From positions 36,208,001 through 36,272,000 of the forward strand of contig OZ024741.1 in NCBI GenBank assembly GCA_964016885.1: a stretch of 64,000 nucleotides of DNA, written 5' to 3'. The notes beneath the pieces were generated by a model that was given only the letters and a program-made list of their open reading frames with translations, was not told the origin of the DNA and made no database searches. The position numbers and the translations under genes are program-made. Positions 1 through 13,999 of the stretch are shown piece by piece. Positions within the stretch are counted from its first letter, which is position 1, and each line of letters starts with the position of its first letter. Source of the DNA: Eledone cirrhosa (lineage: Eukaryota).

Positions 1-2099
1 TCACCCTTAGAACTCTTCAGCCTATGAACTCTTCACCCTAAGAACTCTTCAGCCTATGGATTCTTCAACCTATGGACTCTTTAGCCTATGAACTCTTCAC
101 CCTAAGAACTCTTCAGCCTATGAACTCTTCAGCCTATGAACTCTTCAGCCTATGGACTCTTCAGTGTATGGACTCTTCACTCTAAGAACTCTTCAGTCTA
201 TGTACTCTTCAGTCTATGGACTCTTCACTCTAAGAACTCTTCAGGCTATGAACTCTTCACTCTATGAACTCTTCTCCCTCAGAATTCTTCAGCCTATGAA
301 CTCTTCACCGTAAAATCTCTTCAGCCTATCGACTCTTCACCCTAAGAACTCTTCAGCCTATGGACTCTTCAGCCTATGAACTCTTCCGCCTATGAACTCT
401 TCACCCTAAGAACTCTTCAGCTTATGGACACTTCAGCCTATGAACTCCTCAGCCTATGAAATATTCACCCTAAGAACTCTTCAGCTTATGGACTCTTCAG
501 CCTATGAACTCTTCAGCCTATGGACTCTTCAGCCTATGGACTCTTCGCGCTCAGAATTCTTCAGCCTATGGGCTATTCTGCCTATGAACTCTTCACCCTT
601 AGAACTCTTCGGGCTACTAACTTTTCACCCTAAGAACTCTTCGGCCTATGAACTCTTCGCCCTAAGAACTCTTCAGCCTATAGACTATTCAGCCTATGAA
701 CTCATCAGCCTATGAACTCTTCAGCCTATGGATTCTTCAGCCTATGAACTCTTCACCCTAAGAACTCTTGAGACTATGAACTCTTCCACCTATGGATTCT
801 TCAGCCTATGGACTTTTCACCCTAAGCACTCTTCAGCCTATGGACTCTTCAACCTATATATTCTTCAGCCTATGGACACTTCAGCCTATGAACTCTTCAC
901 ACTAAGATCTCTTCACACTATGAACTCTTCAGCCTATGAACTCTTCAACCTATGGAATCTTCAGCCTATAGACTCTTCACACTAATAACTCTTCAGCCTA
1001 TGGAATCTTCACCCTAAGAACTCTTCAGTCTATGAACTCTTCAGTCTATGAACTCTTCAGCCTATGAACTGTTCACCCTTAGAACTCTTCAGCCTATGAA
1101 CTCTTCACTCTTAGAAATCTTCAGGCTATTATCTCTTCACCCAAGAACTCTTCAGCCTATGAACTGTTCACCCTAAGAACTCTTCAGCCTATGGACTCTT
1201 CACACTAAGAAGTCTTCACCCTAAGAACTCTTCAGTCTATGAACTCTTCAGTCTATGAACTCTTCAGTCTATGAACTCTTCAGCCTATGAACTGTTCACC
1301 CTTAGAACTCTTCAGCCTATGAACTCTTCAGCCTATGGACTCTTTAGCCTATGGACTCTTCACGCTAAGAATTCTTAAGCCTATGGACTATTCTGCCTAT
1401 GAACTCTTCACCCTTAGAACTCTTCAGGCTATTAACTCTTCACCCCAAGAACTCTTCACCCTATGAACTCTTCACCCTAAGAACTCTACAGTTTATAGAC
1501 TCTTCAGCCTATGGACTCATCAGCCTATGATCTCTTCAGCCTATGGAAAATTCAGCCTATGGACTCTTCACCCTAAGCACTCTTCAGTCTATGGACTCTT
1601 CAACCTATATACTCTTCAGGCTATGGACACTTCAGCCTATGGACTCTTCAGCCTATGGACGCTTCACACTAAGAACTATTCAGCCTATGGACTCTTCACC
1701 CTGAGAACTCTTCAGTCTATGAACGCTTCAGTCTATGAACTCTTCAGACTATGAACTGTTCACCCTTAGAACTCTTCAGCCTATGAACTCTTTACCCTTA
1801 GGACTCTTCAGACTTTTATCTCTTCACCCAAGAACTCTTCAGCCTATGAACTCTTCACCCTAAGAACTCTTCAGCCTATGGACACTTCAGCCTATGAACT
1901 CTTCACACTAAGAACTCTTCAGCCTATGAACTCTTCAGCCTATGAACTCTTCACCCTTAGAATTCTTCAGGCTATTATCTCTTCACCCAAGAACTCTTCA
2001 GCCTTTGAACTCTTCACCCTAAGAAGTCTTCAGCCTATGAACTGTTCACTCTTAGTAATCTTTAGCCTAAGAACTGTTCAGCCTATGGACACTTCAGCC

Positions 2100-5000
2100 T
2101 ATGATCTCTTCACTCTTAGAACTCTTCAGCCTATGAACACTTCACACTATGAACTCTTCAGCCTATGGACACTTCAGCCTATGAACTCTTCACCCTTAGA
2201 ACTCTTCAGGCTATTAACTCTTCACAGTAAGAACACTTCAGCCTATGAACTCTTCACCCTAAGAACTCTTCAGCCTATGAACTCTTCAGCCTATGAACTC
2301 TTTAGCCTGTGGACTTTTCAGTCTATGAACTCTTCACCCTAAGAACTCTTCAGCCTATGAACTCTTCCACCTATGGTCTATAAAGCCTATGGACTCTTCT
2401 CCCTAAGCACTCTTCAGCCTATGAACTCTTTACTCTAAGAACTCTTCAGCCTGTGAACTCTTCGCCCTAAGAATTCTTCAGCCTGTGGGCTCTTCACCCG
2501 AAGAACTATGCAGCCTATGGACTCTTCAGCCTATGAACTCCTCAACCTATGGACTCTTCAGCCTATGAACTCTTCACCCTTAAAACTCTTCAGCCTATGA
2601 ACTCTTCGCCCTAAGAACTCTTCAGCCTATGGACTCTTCAGCCAATGGACTCTTCAGCCTATGAACATTTCAGCCTATGGACTCTTCAGCCTATGAACTC
2701 TTCACCCTTAGAACTCTTCAGGCTATTAAGTCTTCACCCTAAGATCTCATCAGCCTATGAACTCTTCAGCCTAAGAACAATTCAGCCTATTTATTCTTCA
2801 GCCTATGGACTTTTAAGCCTATGAATTCATCACCCTAAGAACTCTTCAGCCTATGAACTCTTCAGCCTATGAACTCTTCAGCCTATGGACTCTTCAGCCA
2901 ATGAACTCTTCACCCTAAGAACTCTTAAGCCTATGAACTCTTCAACCTATGGACTCTTCAGTCTTTGGACTCTTCATCTTATGAACTCTTTACCCTAAGA
3001 ACTCTTCAGCCTGTGAACTCTTCACCCTAAGAACTCTTCAGCCTATGTACTCTACAGCCTGTGGATTTTTCAGCCTATGGACTCTTGAGCCTATAGAATC
3101 TTCAGCCTATGGACACTTCAGCCTATGAACTCTTCACACTAAGAACTCTTCAGCCTATGAACTCTTCAGCCTATGAACTCTTCAGCCTATGAACTCTTCC
3201 ACCAAAGGACTCTTCAGCCTATGGACTATACACCCTAAGCACTCTTCAGCCTATGGACTCTTCAGCCTATGAACTCTTCTGCCTATGGACTCTTCAGCCT
3301 ATGGACTCTTCAGCCTATGAACTCTTTACCCTAAGAACTCTTCAGCCTGTGAACTCTTCGTCCTAAGAATTCTTCAGGATATGGGCTCTTCACCCGAAGA
3401 ACTATTCAGCCTATGGACTCTTCAGCCTATGAACTCTTCACCCTTAGAACTCTTCAGCCTATGAATACTTCACCCTAAGAACTCTTCAGCCTATAGTCTC
3501 TTCAGAATATGGACTCTTCAGCCTATCAACTTTTGAGCCTATGGACTCTTCAGCCTATGGACTCTTCACCCTAAGAACCCTTCAGCCTATGGACTCTTCA
3601 GCCTATGAACTCTTCAGCCTATGGACTCTTCACCCTATGGACTCTTCACCCTAAGAACTCTTCAGCCTATGGACTCTTCAGTCTATGAATTCTTCAGCCT
3701 ATGAACTGTTCACCCTTAGAACTCTTCAGCCTATGAACTCTTCACCCTAAGAACTCTTCAGCCTATGTATTCTTCAACCTATGGACTCTTTAGCCTATGC
3801 ACTCTTCACCCTAAGAACTCTTCAGCCTATGAACTCTTCAGCCTATGAACTGATCAGCCTATTGACTCTTCAGTCTATGGACTCTTCACTCTAAGAAATC
3901 TTCAGTCAATGGACTCTTCAGTCTATGGACTCTTCAGCCTAGGAACTCTTTACCCTAAGAACTCTTCAGCCTATGAACTCTTCAACCTATGGACTCTTCA
4001 GCCTATGGACTCTTCACCCTTAGAACTCTTCAGCCTATGAACTCTTCACCCTAAGAACTCTTCAGCCTATAGTCTCTTGAAACTATGGACTCTTCGGCCT
4101 ATGAACTTTTCAGCCTATGGACTCTTCAGCCTATGGACTCTCCACCCTAAGAACCCTTCAGCCTGTGGACTCTTCAGCCTATGAACTCTTCAGCCTATGG
4201 ACTCTTCACCCTATGGACTCTTCACCCTAAGAACTCTTCAGGCTATGGACTCTTCACCCTAAGCACTCTTCAGCCTATGAACACTTCACACTATGAACTC
4301 TTCAGCCTATGGACTCTTCAGCCTATGAACTCTTCACCTTTAGAACTCTTCAGGCTATTAACTCTTCACACTAAGAACACTTCAGCCTATGAACTCTTCA
4401 CCCTAAGAACTCTTCAGCCTATGAACTCTTCAGCCTATGAACTCTTCAGCCTGTGGACCTTTCAGTCTATGAACTCTTCACCCTAAGAACTCTTCAGCCT
4501 ATGAACTCTTCCACGTATGGTCTATAAAGCCTATGGACTCTTCTCCCTAAGCACTCTTCAGCCTATGAACTCTTTACTCTAAGAACTCTTCAGCCTGTGA
4601 ACTCTTCGCCCTAAGAATTCTTCAGCCTGTGGGCTCTTCACCCGAAGAACTATGCAGCCTATGGACTCTTCAGCCTATGAACTCCTCAACCTATGGACTC
4701 TTCAGCCTATGAACTCTTCACCCTTAAAACTCTTCAGCCTATGAACTCTTCGCCCTAAGAACTGTTCAGCCTATGGACTCTTCAGCCAATGGACTCTTCA
4801 GCCTATGAACATTTCAGCCTATGGACTCTTCAGCCTATGAACTCTTCACCCTTAGAACTCTTCAGGCTATTAAGTCTTCACCCTAAGATCTCATCAGCCT
4901 ATGAACTCTTCAGCCTAAGAACAATTCAGCCTATTTATTCTTCAGCCTATGGACTTTTAAGCCTATGAATTCATCACCCTAAGAACTCTTCAGCCTATGA

Positions 5001-8000
5001 ACTCTTCAGCCTATGAACTCTTCAGCCTATGGACTCTTCAGCCAATGAACTCTTCACCCTAAGAACTCTTAAGCCTATGTACTCTTCAACCTATGGACTC
5101 TTCAGTCTTTGGACTCTTCATCTTATGAACTCTTTACCCTAAGAACTCTTCAGCCTGTGAACTCTTCACCCTAAGAACTCTTCAGCCTATGGACTCTACA
5201 GCCTGTGGATTTTTCAGCCTATGGACTCTTGAGCCTATAGAATCTTCAGCCTATGGACACTTCAGCCTATGAACTCTTCACACTAAGAACTCTTCAGCCT
5301 ATGAACTCTTCAGCCTATGAACTCTTCAGCCTATGAACTCTTCCACCAAAGGACTCTTCAGCCTATGGACTATACACCCTAAGCACTCTTCAGCCTATGG
5401 ACTCTTCAGCCTATGAACTCTTCTGCCTATGGACTCTTCAGCCTATGGACTCTTCAGCCTATGAACTCTTTACCCTAAGAACTCTTCAGCCTGTGAACTC
5501 TTCGTCCTAAGAATTCTTCAGGATATGGGCTCTTCACCCGAAGAACTATTCAGCCTATGGACTCTTCAGCCTATGAACTCTTCACCCTTAGAACTCTTCA
5601 GCCTATGAATTCTTCACCCTAAGAACTCTTCAGCCTATAGTCTCTTCAGAATATGGACTCTTCAGCCTATCAACTTTTGAGCCTATGGACTCTTCAGCCT
5701 ATGGACTCTTCACCCTAAGAACCCTTCAGCCTATGGACTCTTCAGCCTATGAACTCTTCAGCCTATGGACTCTTCACCCTATGGACTCTTCACCCTAAGA
5801 ACTCTTCAGCCTATGGACTCTTCAGTCTATGAATTCTTCAGCCTATGAACTGTTCACCCTTAGAACTCTTCAGCCTATGAACTCTTCACCCTAAGAACTC
5901 TTCAGCCTATGTATTCTTCAACCTATGGACTCTTTAGCCTATGCACTCTTCACCCTAAGAACTCTTCAGCCTATGAACTCTTCAGCCTATGAACTGATCA
6001 GCCTATTGACTCTTCAGTCTATGGACTCTTCACTCTAAGAACTCTTCAGTCAATGGACTCTTCAGTCTATGGACTCTTCAGCCTAGGAACTCTTTACCCT
6101 AAGAACTCTTCAGCCTATGAACTCTTCAACCTATGGACTCTTCAGCCTATGGACTCTTCACCCTTAGAACTCTTCAGCCTATGAACTCTTCACCCTAAGA
6201 ACTCTTCAGCCTATAGTCTCTTGAAACTATGGACTCTTCGGCCTATGAAATTTTCAGCCTATGGACTCTTCAGCCTATGGACTCTTCACCCTAAGAACCC
6301 TTCAGCCTGTGGACTCTTCACCCTAAGAACTCTTCAGGCTATGGACTCTTCACCCTAAGCACTCTTCAGCCTATGAACTCTTCAGTCTATGAACTCTTCA
6401 GCCTATGAACTATTCACCCTTAGAACTCTTCAGCCTATGAACTCTTCACCCTAAGAACTTTTTCAGCCTATGGATTCTTCAACCTATGGACTCTTTAGCC
6501 TATGAACTCTTCACCCTAAGAACTCTTCAGCCTATGAACTCTTCAGCCTATGAACTCTTCAGCCTATGGACTCTTCAGTCTATGGACTCTTCACTCTAAG
6601 AACTCTTCAGTCTATGGACTCTTCAGTCTATGGACTCTTCACTCTAAGAACTCTTCAGGCAATGAACTCTTCACTCTATGAACTCTTCTCCCTCAGAACT
6701 TTTCAGCCTATGTACTCTTCACCGTAAAATCTCTTCAGCCTATCGACTCTTCTCCCTAAGAACTCTTCAGCCTATGGACTCTTCAGCCTATGAAGTCTTC
6801 CGCCTATGAACTGAACTCTTCACCCTAAGAACTCTTCAGCTTATGGACTCTTCAGCCTATGAACTCCTCAGCCTATGAAATATTCACCCTAAGAACTCTT
6901 CAGCTTATGGACTCTTCAGCCTATGAACTCTTCAGCCTATGGCCTCTTCAGCCTATGGACTCTTCGCGCTAAGAATTCTTCAGCCTATGGGCTATTCTGC
7001 CTATGAACTCTTCACCCTTAGAACTCTTCAGGCTACTAACTCTTCACCCTAAGAACTCTTCGGCCTATGAACTCTTCACCCTAAGAACTCTTCAGCCTAT
7101 AGACTCTTCAGCCTATGAACTCATCAGCCAATGAACTCTTCAGCCTATGGATTCTTCAGCCTATGAACTCTTCACCCTAAGAACTCTTGAGACTATGAAC
7201 TCTTCCACCTATGCATTCTTCAGCCTATGGACTCTTCACCCTAAGCACTCTTCAGCCTATGGACTCTTCAACCTATATATTCTTCAGCCTATGGACACTT
7301 CAGCCTATGAACTCTTCACACTAAGAACTCTTCACACTATGAACTCTTCAGCCTATGAACTCTTCAACATATGGAATCTTCAGCCTATGGACTCTTCACA
7401 CTAAGAACTCTTCAGCCTATGGACTCTTCACCCTAAGAACTCTTCAGTCTATGAACTCTTCAGTCTATGAACTCTTCAGCCTATGAACTGTTCACCCTTA
7501 GAACTCTTCAGCCTATGAACTCTTCACACTAAGAACTCTTCACCCAAGAACTCTTCAGCCTATGAACTGTTCACCCTAAGAACTCTTCAGCCTATGGACT
7601 CTTCACACTAAGAAGTCTTCAGCCTATGAACTGTTCACTCTTAGAACTCTTTAGCCTAGGAACTCTTCAGCCTATGGACTCTTCAGCCTATGAACTCTTC
7701 ACCCTTAGAACTCTTAAGCCTATGAAATCTTCACACTAAGAACTCTTCAGCCTATGGTCTCTTCAGCCTATGAACTCTTCAACCTTAGAACTCTTCAGGC
7801 TATTAACTCTTCACACTAAGAACTGTTCTGCCTATTAACTTTTCACCCTAAGAACTCTTCAGCCTATGGATTCTTCAGCCTATGGACTCTTAAGCCTATG
7901 AACTCTTCACCCTAAAAACTCTTCAGCCTATGGCTCTTCAGCCTATGCACTCTTCACCCTAAGAAATCTTCAGCCTATGGACTCTTCAGCCTATGAATTT

Positions 8001-11000
8001 TTCAGCCTATGGACTCTTCAGCCTATGGACTCTTCACCCTAAGAACTCTTCAGCCTATGGACTCTTCACCCTAAGCACTCTTCAGCCTATGAACTATTCA
8101 GGCTATGAACTCTTCAGTCTATGATCTGTTCACACTTAGAACTCTTCAGCCTATGAACTCTTCAGCCTATGGTCTCTTCACCCTAAGAACTTTTCAGCCT
8201 ATGAACTCTTCACCCTAAGAGCTCTTCAGCCTATGGATTCTTCAGCCTATGAACTCTTCACCCAAGAACTCTTCAGCCTATGAACTCTTCACCCTAAGAA
8301 CTCTTCAGCCTATGGACTCTTCAGCCTATTAACTCTTCAGCCTATGAACTCTCCACCATAAAAACTCTTCAGACTATAGACTCTTCACACTAATTAATCT
8401 TCAGCCTATGGACTCTTCAGCCTATGAAATCTTCAGCCAATGAATTCTTCACCCTAAGAACTCTTCAGCTTATGGACTCTTCAGCCTATGAAATCTTCAG
8501 CCTATGGACTCTTCAGCCTATGGACCCTTCACACTAAGAACTATTCAGCCTATGAACTCTTCAGCCTATGAACTGATCAGCCTATTGACTCTTCAGTCTA
8601 TGGACTCTTCACTCTAAGAACTCTTCAGTCAATGGACTCTTCAGTCTATGGTCTCTTCAGCCTAGGAACTCTTTACCCTAAGAACTCTTCAGCCTATGAA
8701 CTCTTCAACCTATGGACTCTTCAGCCTATGGACTCTTCACCCTTAGAACTCTTCAGCCTATGAACTCTTCACCCTAAGAACTCTTCATCCTATAGTCTCT
8801 TGAAACTATGAACTCTTCGGCCTATGAAATTTTCAGCCTATGGACTCTTCAGCCTATGGACTCTTCACCCTAAGAACCCTTCAGCCTGTGGACTCTTCAG
8901 CCTATGAACTCTTCAGCCTATGGACTCTTCACCCTATGGACTCTTCACCCTAAGAACTCTTCAGGCTATGGACTCTTCACCCTAAGCACTCTTCAGCCTA
9001 TGAACACTTCACACTATGAACTCTTCAGCCTATGGACTCTTCAGCCTATGAACTCTTCACCCTTAGAACTCTTCAGGCTATTAACTCTTCACACTAAGAA
9101 CACTTCAGCCTATGAACTCTTCACCCTAAGAACTCTTCAGCCTATGAACTCTTCAGCCTATGAACTCTTCAGCCTGTGGACCTTTCAGTCTATGAACTCT
9201 TCACCCTAAGAACTCTTCAGCCTATGAACTCTTCCACCTATGGTCTATAAAGCCTATGGACTCTTCTCCCTAAGCACTCTTCAGCCTATGAACTCTTTAC
9301 TCTAAGAACTCTTCAGCCTGTGAACTCTTCGCCCTAAGAATTCTTCAGCCTGTGGGCTCTTCACCCGAAGAACTATGCAGCCTATGGACTCTTCAGCCTA
9401 TGAACTCCTCAACCTATGGACTCTTCAGCCTATGAACTCTTCACCCTTAAAACTCTTCAGCCTATGAACTCTTCGCCCTAAGAACTCTTCAGCCTATGGA
9501 CTCTTCAGCCAATGGACTCTTCAGCCTATGAACATTTCAGCCTATGGACTCTTCAGCCTATGAACTCTTCACCCTTAGAACTCTTCAGGCTATTAAGTCT
9601 TCACCCTAAGATCTCATCAGCCTATGAACTCTTCAGCCTAAGAACAATTCAGCCTATTTATTCTTCAGCCTATGGACTTTTAAGCCTATGAATTCATCAC
9701 CCTAAGAACTCTTCAGCCTATGAACTCTTCAGCCTATGAACTCTTCAGCCTATGGACTCTTCAGCCAATGAACTCTTCACCCTAAGAACTCTTAAGCCTA
9801 TGTACTCTTCAACCTATGGACTCTTCAGTCTTTGGACTCTTCATCTTATGAACTCTTTACCCTAAGAACTCTTCAGCCTGTGAACTCTTCACCCTAAGAA
9901 CTCTTCAGCCTATGGACTCTACAGCCTGTGGATTTTTCAGCCTATGGACTCTTGAGCCTATAGAATCTTCAGCCTATGGACACTTCAGCCTATGAACTCT
10001 TCACACTAAGAACTCTTCAGCCTATGAACTCTTCAGCCTATGAACTCTTCAGCCTATGAACTCTTCCACCAAAGGACTCTTCAGCCTATGGACTATACAC
10101 CCTAAGCACTCTTCAGGCTATGGACTCTTCAGCCTATGAACTCTTCTGCCTATGGACTCTTCAGCCTATGGACTCTTCAGCCTATGAACTCTTTACCCTA
10201 AGAACTCTTCAGCCTGTGAACTCTTCGTCCTAAGAATTCTTCAGGATATGGGCTCTTCACCCGAAGAACTATTCAGCCTATGGACTCTTCAGCCTATGAA
10301 CTCTTCACCCTTAGAACTCTTCAGCCTATGAATTCTTCACCCTAAGAACTCTTCAGCCTATAGTCTCTTCAGAATATGGACTCTTCAGCCTATCAACTTT
10401 TGAGCCTATGGACTCTTCAGCCTATGGACTCTTCACCCTAAGAACCCTTCAGCCTATGGACTCTTCAGCCTATGAACTCTTCAGCCTATGGACTCTTCAC
10501 CCTATGGACTCTTCACCCTAAGAACTCTTCAGCCTATGGACTCTTCAGTCTATGAATTCTTCAGCCTATGAACTGTTCACCCTTAGAACTCTTCAGCCTA
10601 TGAACTCTTCACCCTAAGAACTCTTCAGCCTATATATTCTTCAACCTATGGACTCTTTAGCCTATGCACTCTTCACCCTAAGAACTCTTCAGCCTATGAA
10701 CTCTTCAGCCTATGAACTGATCAGCCTATTGACTCTTCAGTCTATGGACTCTTCACTCTAAGAACTCTTCAGTCAATGGACTCTTCAGTCTATGGACTCT
10801 TCAGCCTAGGAACTCTTTACCCTAAGAACTCTTCAGCCTATGAACTCTTCAACCTATGGACTCTTCAGCCTATGGACTCTTCACCCTTAGAACTCTTCAG
10901 CCTATGAACTCTTCACCCTAAGAACTCTTCAGCCTATAGTCTCTTGAAACTATGGACTCTTCGGCCTATGAAATTTTCAGCCTATGGACTCTTCAGCCTA

Positions 11001-13250
11001 TGGACTCTTCACCCTAAGAACCCTTCAGCCTGTGGACTCTTCAGCCTATGAACTCTTCAGCCTATGGACTCTTCACCCTATGGACTCTTCACCCTAAGAA
11101 CTCTTCAGGCTATGGACTCTTCACCCTAAGCACTCTTCAGCCTATGAACTCTTCAGTCTATGAACTCTTCAGCCTATGAACTATTCACCCTTAGAACTCT
11201 TCAGCCTATGAACTCTTCACCCTAAGAACTTTTTCAGCCTATGGATTCTTCAACGTATGGACTCTTTAGCCTATGAACTCTTCACCCTAAGAACTCTTCA
11301 GCCTATGAACTCTTCAGCCTATGAACTCTTCAGCCTATGGACTCTTCAGTCTATGGACTCTTCACTCTAAGAACTCTTCAGTCTATGGACTCTTCAGTCT
11401 ATGGACTCTTCACTCTAAGAACTCTTCAGGCTATGAACTCTTCACTCTATGAACTCTTCTCCCTCAGAACTTTTCAGCCTATGTACTCTTCACCGTAAAA
11501 TCTCTTCAGCCTATCGACTCTTCTCCCTAAGAACTCTTCAGCCTATGGACTCTTCAGCCTATGAATTCTTCCGCCTATGAACTGAACTCTTCACCCTAAG
11601 AACTCTTCAGCTTATGGACTCTTCAGCCTATGAACTCCTCAGCCTATGAAATATTCACCCTAAGAACTCTTCAGCTTATGGACTCTTCAGCCTATGAACT
11701 CTTCAGCCTATGGCCTCTTCAGCCTATGGACTCTTCGCGCTAAGAATTCTTCAGCCTATGGGCTATTCTGCCTATGAACTCTTCACCCTTAGAACTCTTC
11801 AGGCTACTAACTCTTCACCCTAAGAACTCTTCGGCCTATGAACTCTTCACCCTAAGAACTCTTCAGCCTATAGACTCTTCAGCCTATGAACTCATCAGCC
11901 AATGAACTCTTCAGCCTATGGATTCTTCAGCCTATGAACTCTTCACCCTAAGAACTCTTGAGACTATGAACTCTTCCACCTATGCATTCTTCAGCCTATG
12001 GACTCTTCACCCTAAGCACTCTTCAGCCTATGGACTCTTCAACCTATATATTCTTCAGCCTATGGACACTTCAGCCTATGAACTCTTCACACTAAGAACT
12101 CTTCACACTATGAACTCTTCAGCCTATGAACTCTTCAACATATGGAATCTTCAGCCTATGGACTCTTCACACTAAGAACTCTTCAGCCTATGGACTCTTC
12201 ACCCTAAAAACTCTTCAGTCTATGAACTCTTCAGTCTATGAACTCTTCAGCCTATGAACTGTTCACCCTTAGAACTCTTCAGCCTATGAACTCTTCACAC
12301 TAAGAACTCTTCACCCAAGAACTCTTCAGCCTATGAACTGTTCACCCTAAGAACTCTTCAGCCTATGGACTCTTCACACTAAGAAGTCTTCAGCCTATGA
12401 ACTGTTCACTCTTAGAACTCTTTAGCCTAGGAACTCTTCAGCCTATGGACTCTTCAGCCTATGAACTCTTCACCCTTAGAACTCTTAAGCCTATGAAATC
12501 TTCACACTAAGAACTCTTCAGCCTATGGTCTCTTCAGCCTATGAACTCTTCAACCTTAGAACTCTTCAGGCTATTAACTCTTCACACTAAGAACTGTTCT
12601 GCCTATTAACTTTTCACCCTAAGAACTCTTCAGCCTATGGATTCTTCAGCCTATGGACTCTTAAGCCTATGAACTCTTCACCCTAAAAACTCTTCAGCCT
12701 ATGGCTCTTCAGCCTATGCACTCTTCACCCTAAGAACTCTTCAGCCTATGGACTCTTCAGCCTATGAATATTTCAGCCTATGGACTCTTCAGCCTATGGA
12801 CTCTTCACCCTAAGAACTCTTCAGCCTATGGACTCTTCACCCTAAGCACTCTTCAGCCTATGAACTATTCAGGCTATGAACTCTTCAGTCTATGATCTGT
12901 TCACACTTAGAACTCTTCAGCCTATGAACTCTTCAGCCTATGGTCTCTTCACCCTAAGAACTTTTCAGCCTATGAACTCTTCACCCTAAGAGCTCTTCAG
13001 CCTATGGATTCTTCAGCCTATGAACTCTTCACCCAAGAACTCTTCAGCCTATGAACTCTTCACCCTAAGAACTCTTCAGCCTATGGACTCTTCAGCCTAT
13101 TAACTCTTCAGCCTATGAACTCTCCACCATAAAAACTCTTCAGACTATAGATTCTTCACACTAATTAATCTTCAGCTTATGGACTCTTCAGCCTATGAAA
13201 TCTTCAGCCTATGGACTCTTCAGCCTATGGACTCTTCACACTAAGAACTA
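2100..13250. repeat. Higher-order duplications within the satellite, offsets 2144, 4723 and 4771 bp (boundaries approximate)
   Basis: The rare variant ggtctataaagcc occurs at 2375, 4519 and 9242. Identical pseudo-ORF translations occur at 4181/8904 and 7147/11918. Confidence 0.9.
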
Positions 13251-13999
13251 TTCAGCCTATGGACTCTTCACCCTAAGAACTCTTCAGTCTATGAACGCTT
13301 CATTCTATGAACTCTTCAGCCTATGAACTGTTCACCCTTAGAATTCTTCAGCCTATGAACTCTTCAACCTTAGGACTCTTAAGGCTATTATCTCTTCACC
13401 CAAGAACTCTTCAGGCTATGAACTCTTCACCCTAAGAACTCTTCAACCTATGGACACTTCAGCCTATGAACTCTTCACACTAAGAACTCTTCAGCATATG
13501 AACTCTTCAGCCTATTAACTCTTCACCCTAAGAACTCTTCAGCCTATGGACTCTTCAGCCTATGAATTCTTCAGCCTATGGACTCATCAGCCTATGGACT
13601 CTTCACGCTAAGAATTCTTCAGCCTATGGAGTATTCTGCCTATGAACTCTTCACCCTTATAACTTTTCAGGCTATTAACTCTTCACCCTATGAACTCTTC
13701 AGCCTATGGACTCTTCAACCAATGAACTCTTCACCCTAAGAACTCTTCAGCCTATGAACTCTTCAACCTATGGACACTTCAGACAATAGACTCTTCATTC
13801 TAAGAACTCTTCAGCCTATGGACTCTTAAGCCTATGAATTCTTCACCTTAAGAACTCTTAAGCCTATGAACTCTTCAGCCTATGAACTCTTCAGCCTATG
13901 GACTCTTCAGTCTTTGGACTCTTCACGCTAAGAATTCTTCAGCCTATGGACTATTCTGCCTATGAACTCTTCACACTTAGAACTCTTCTGGCTATTAAC

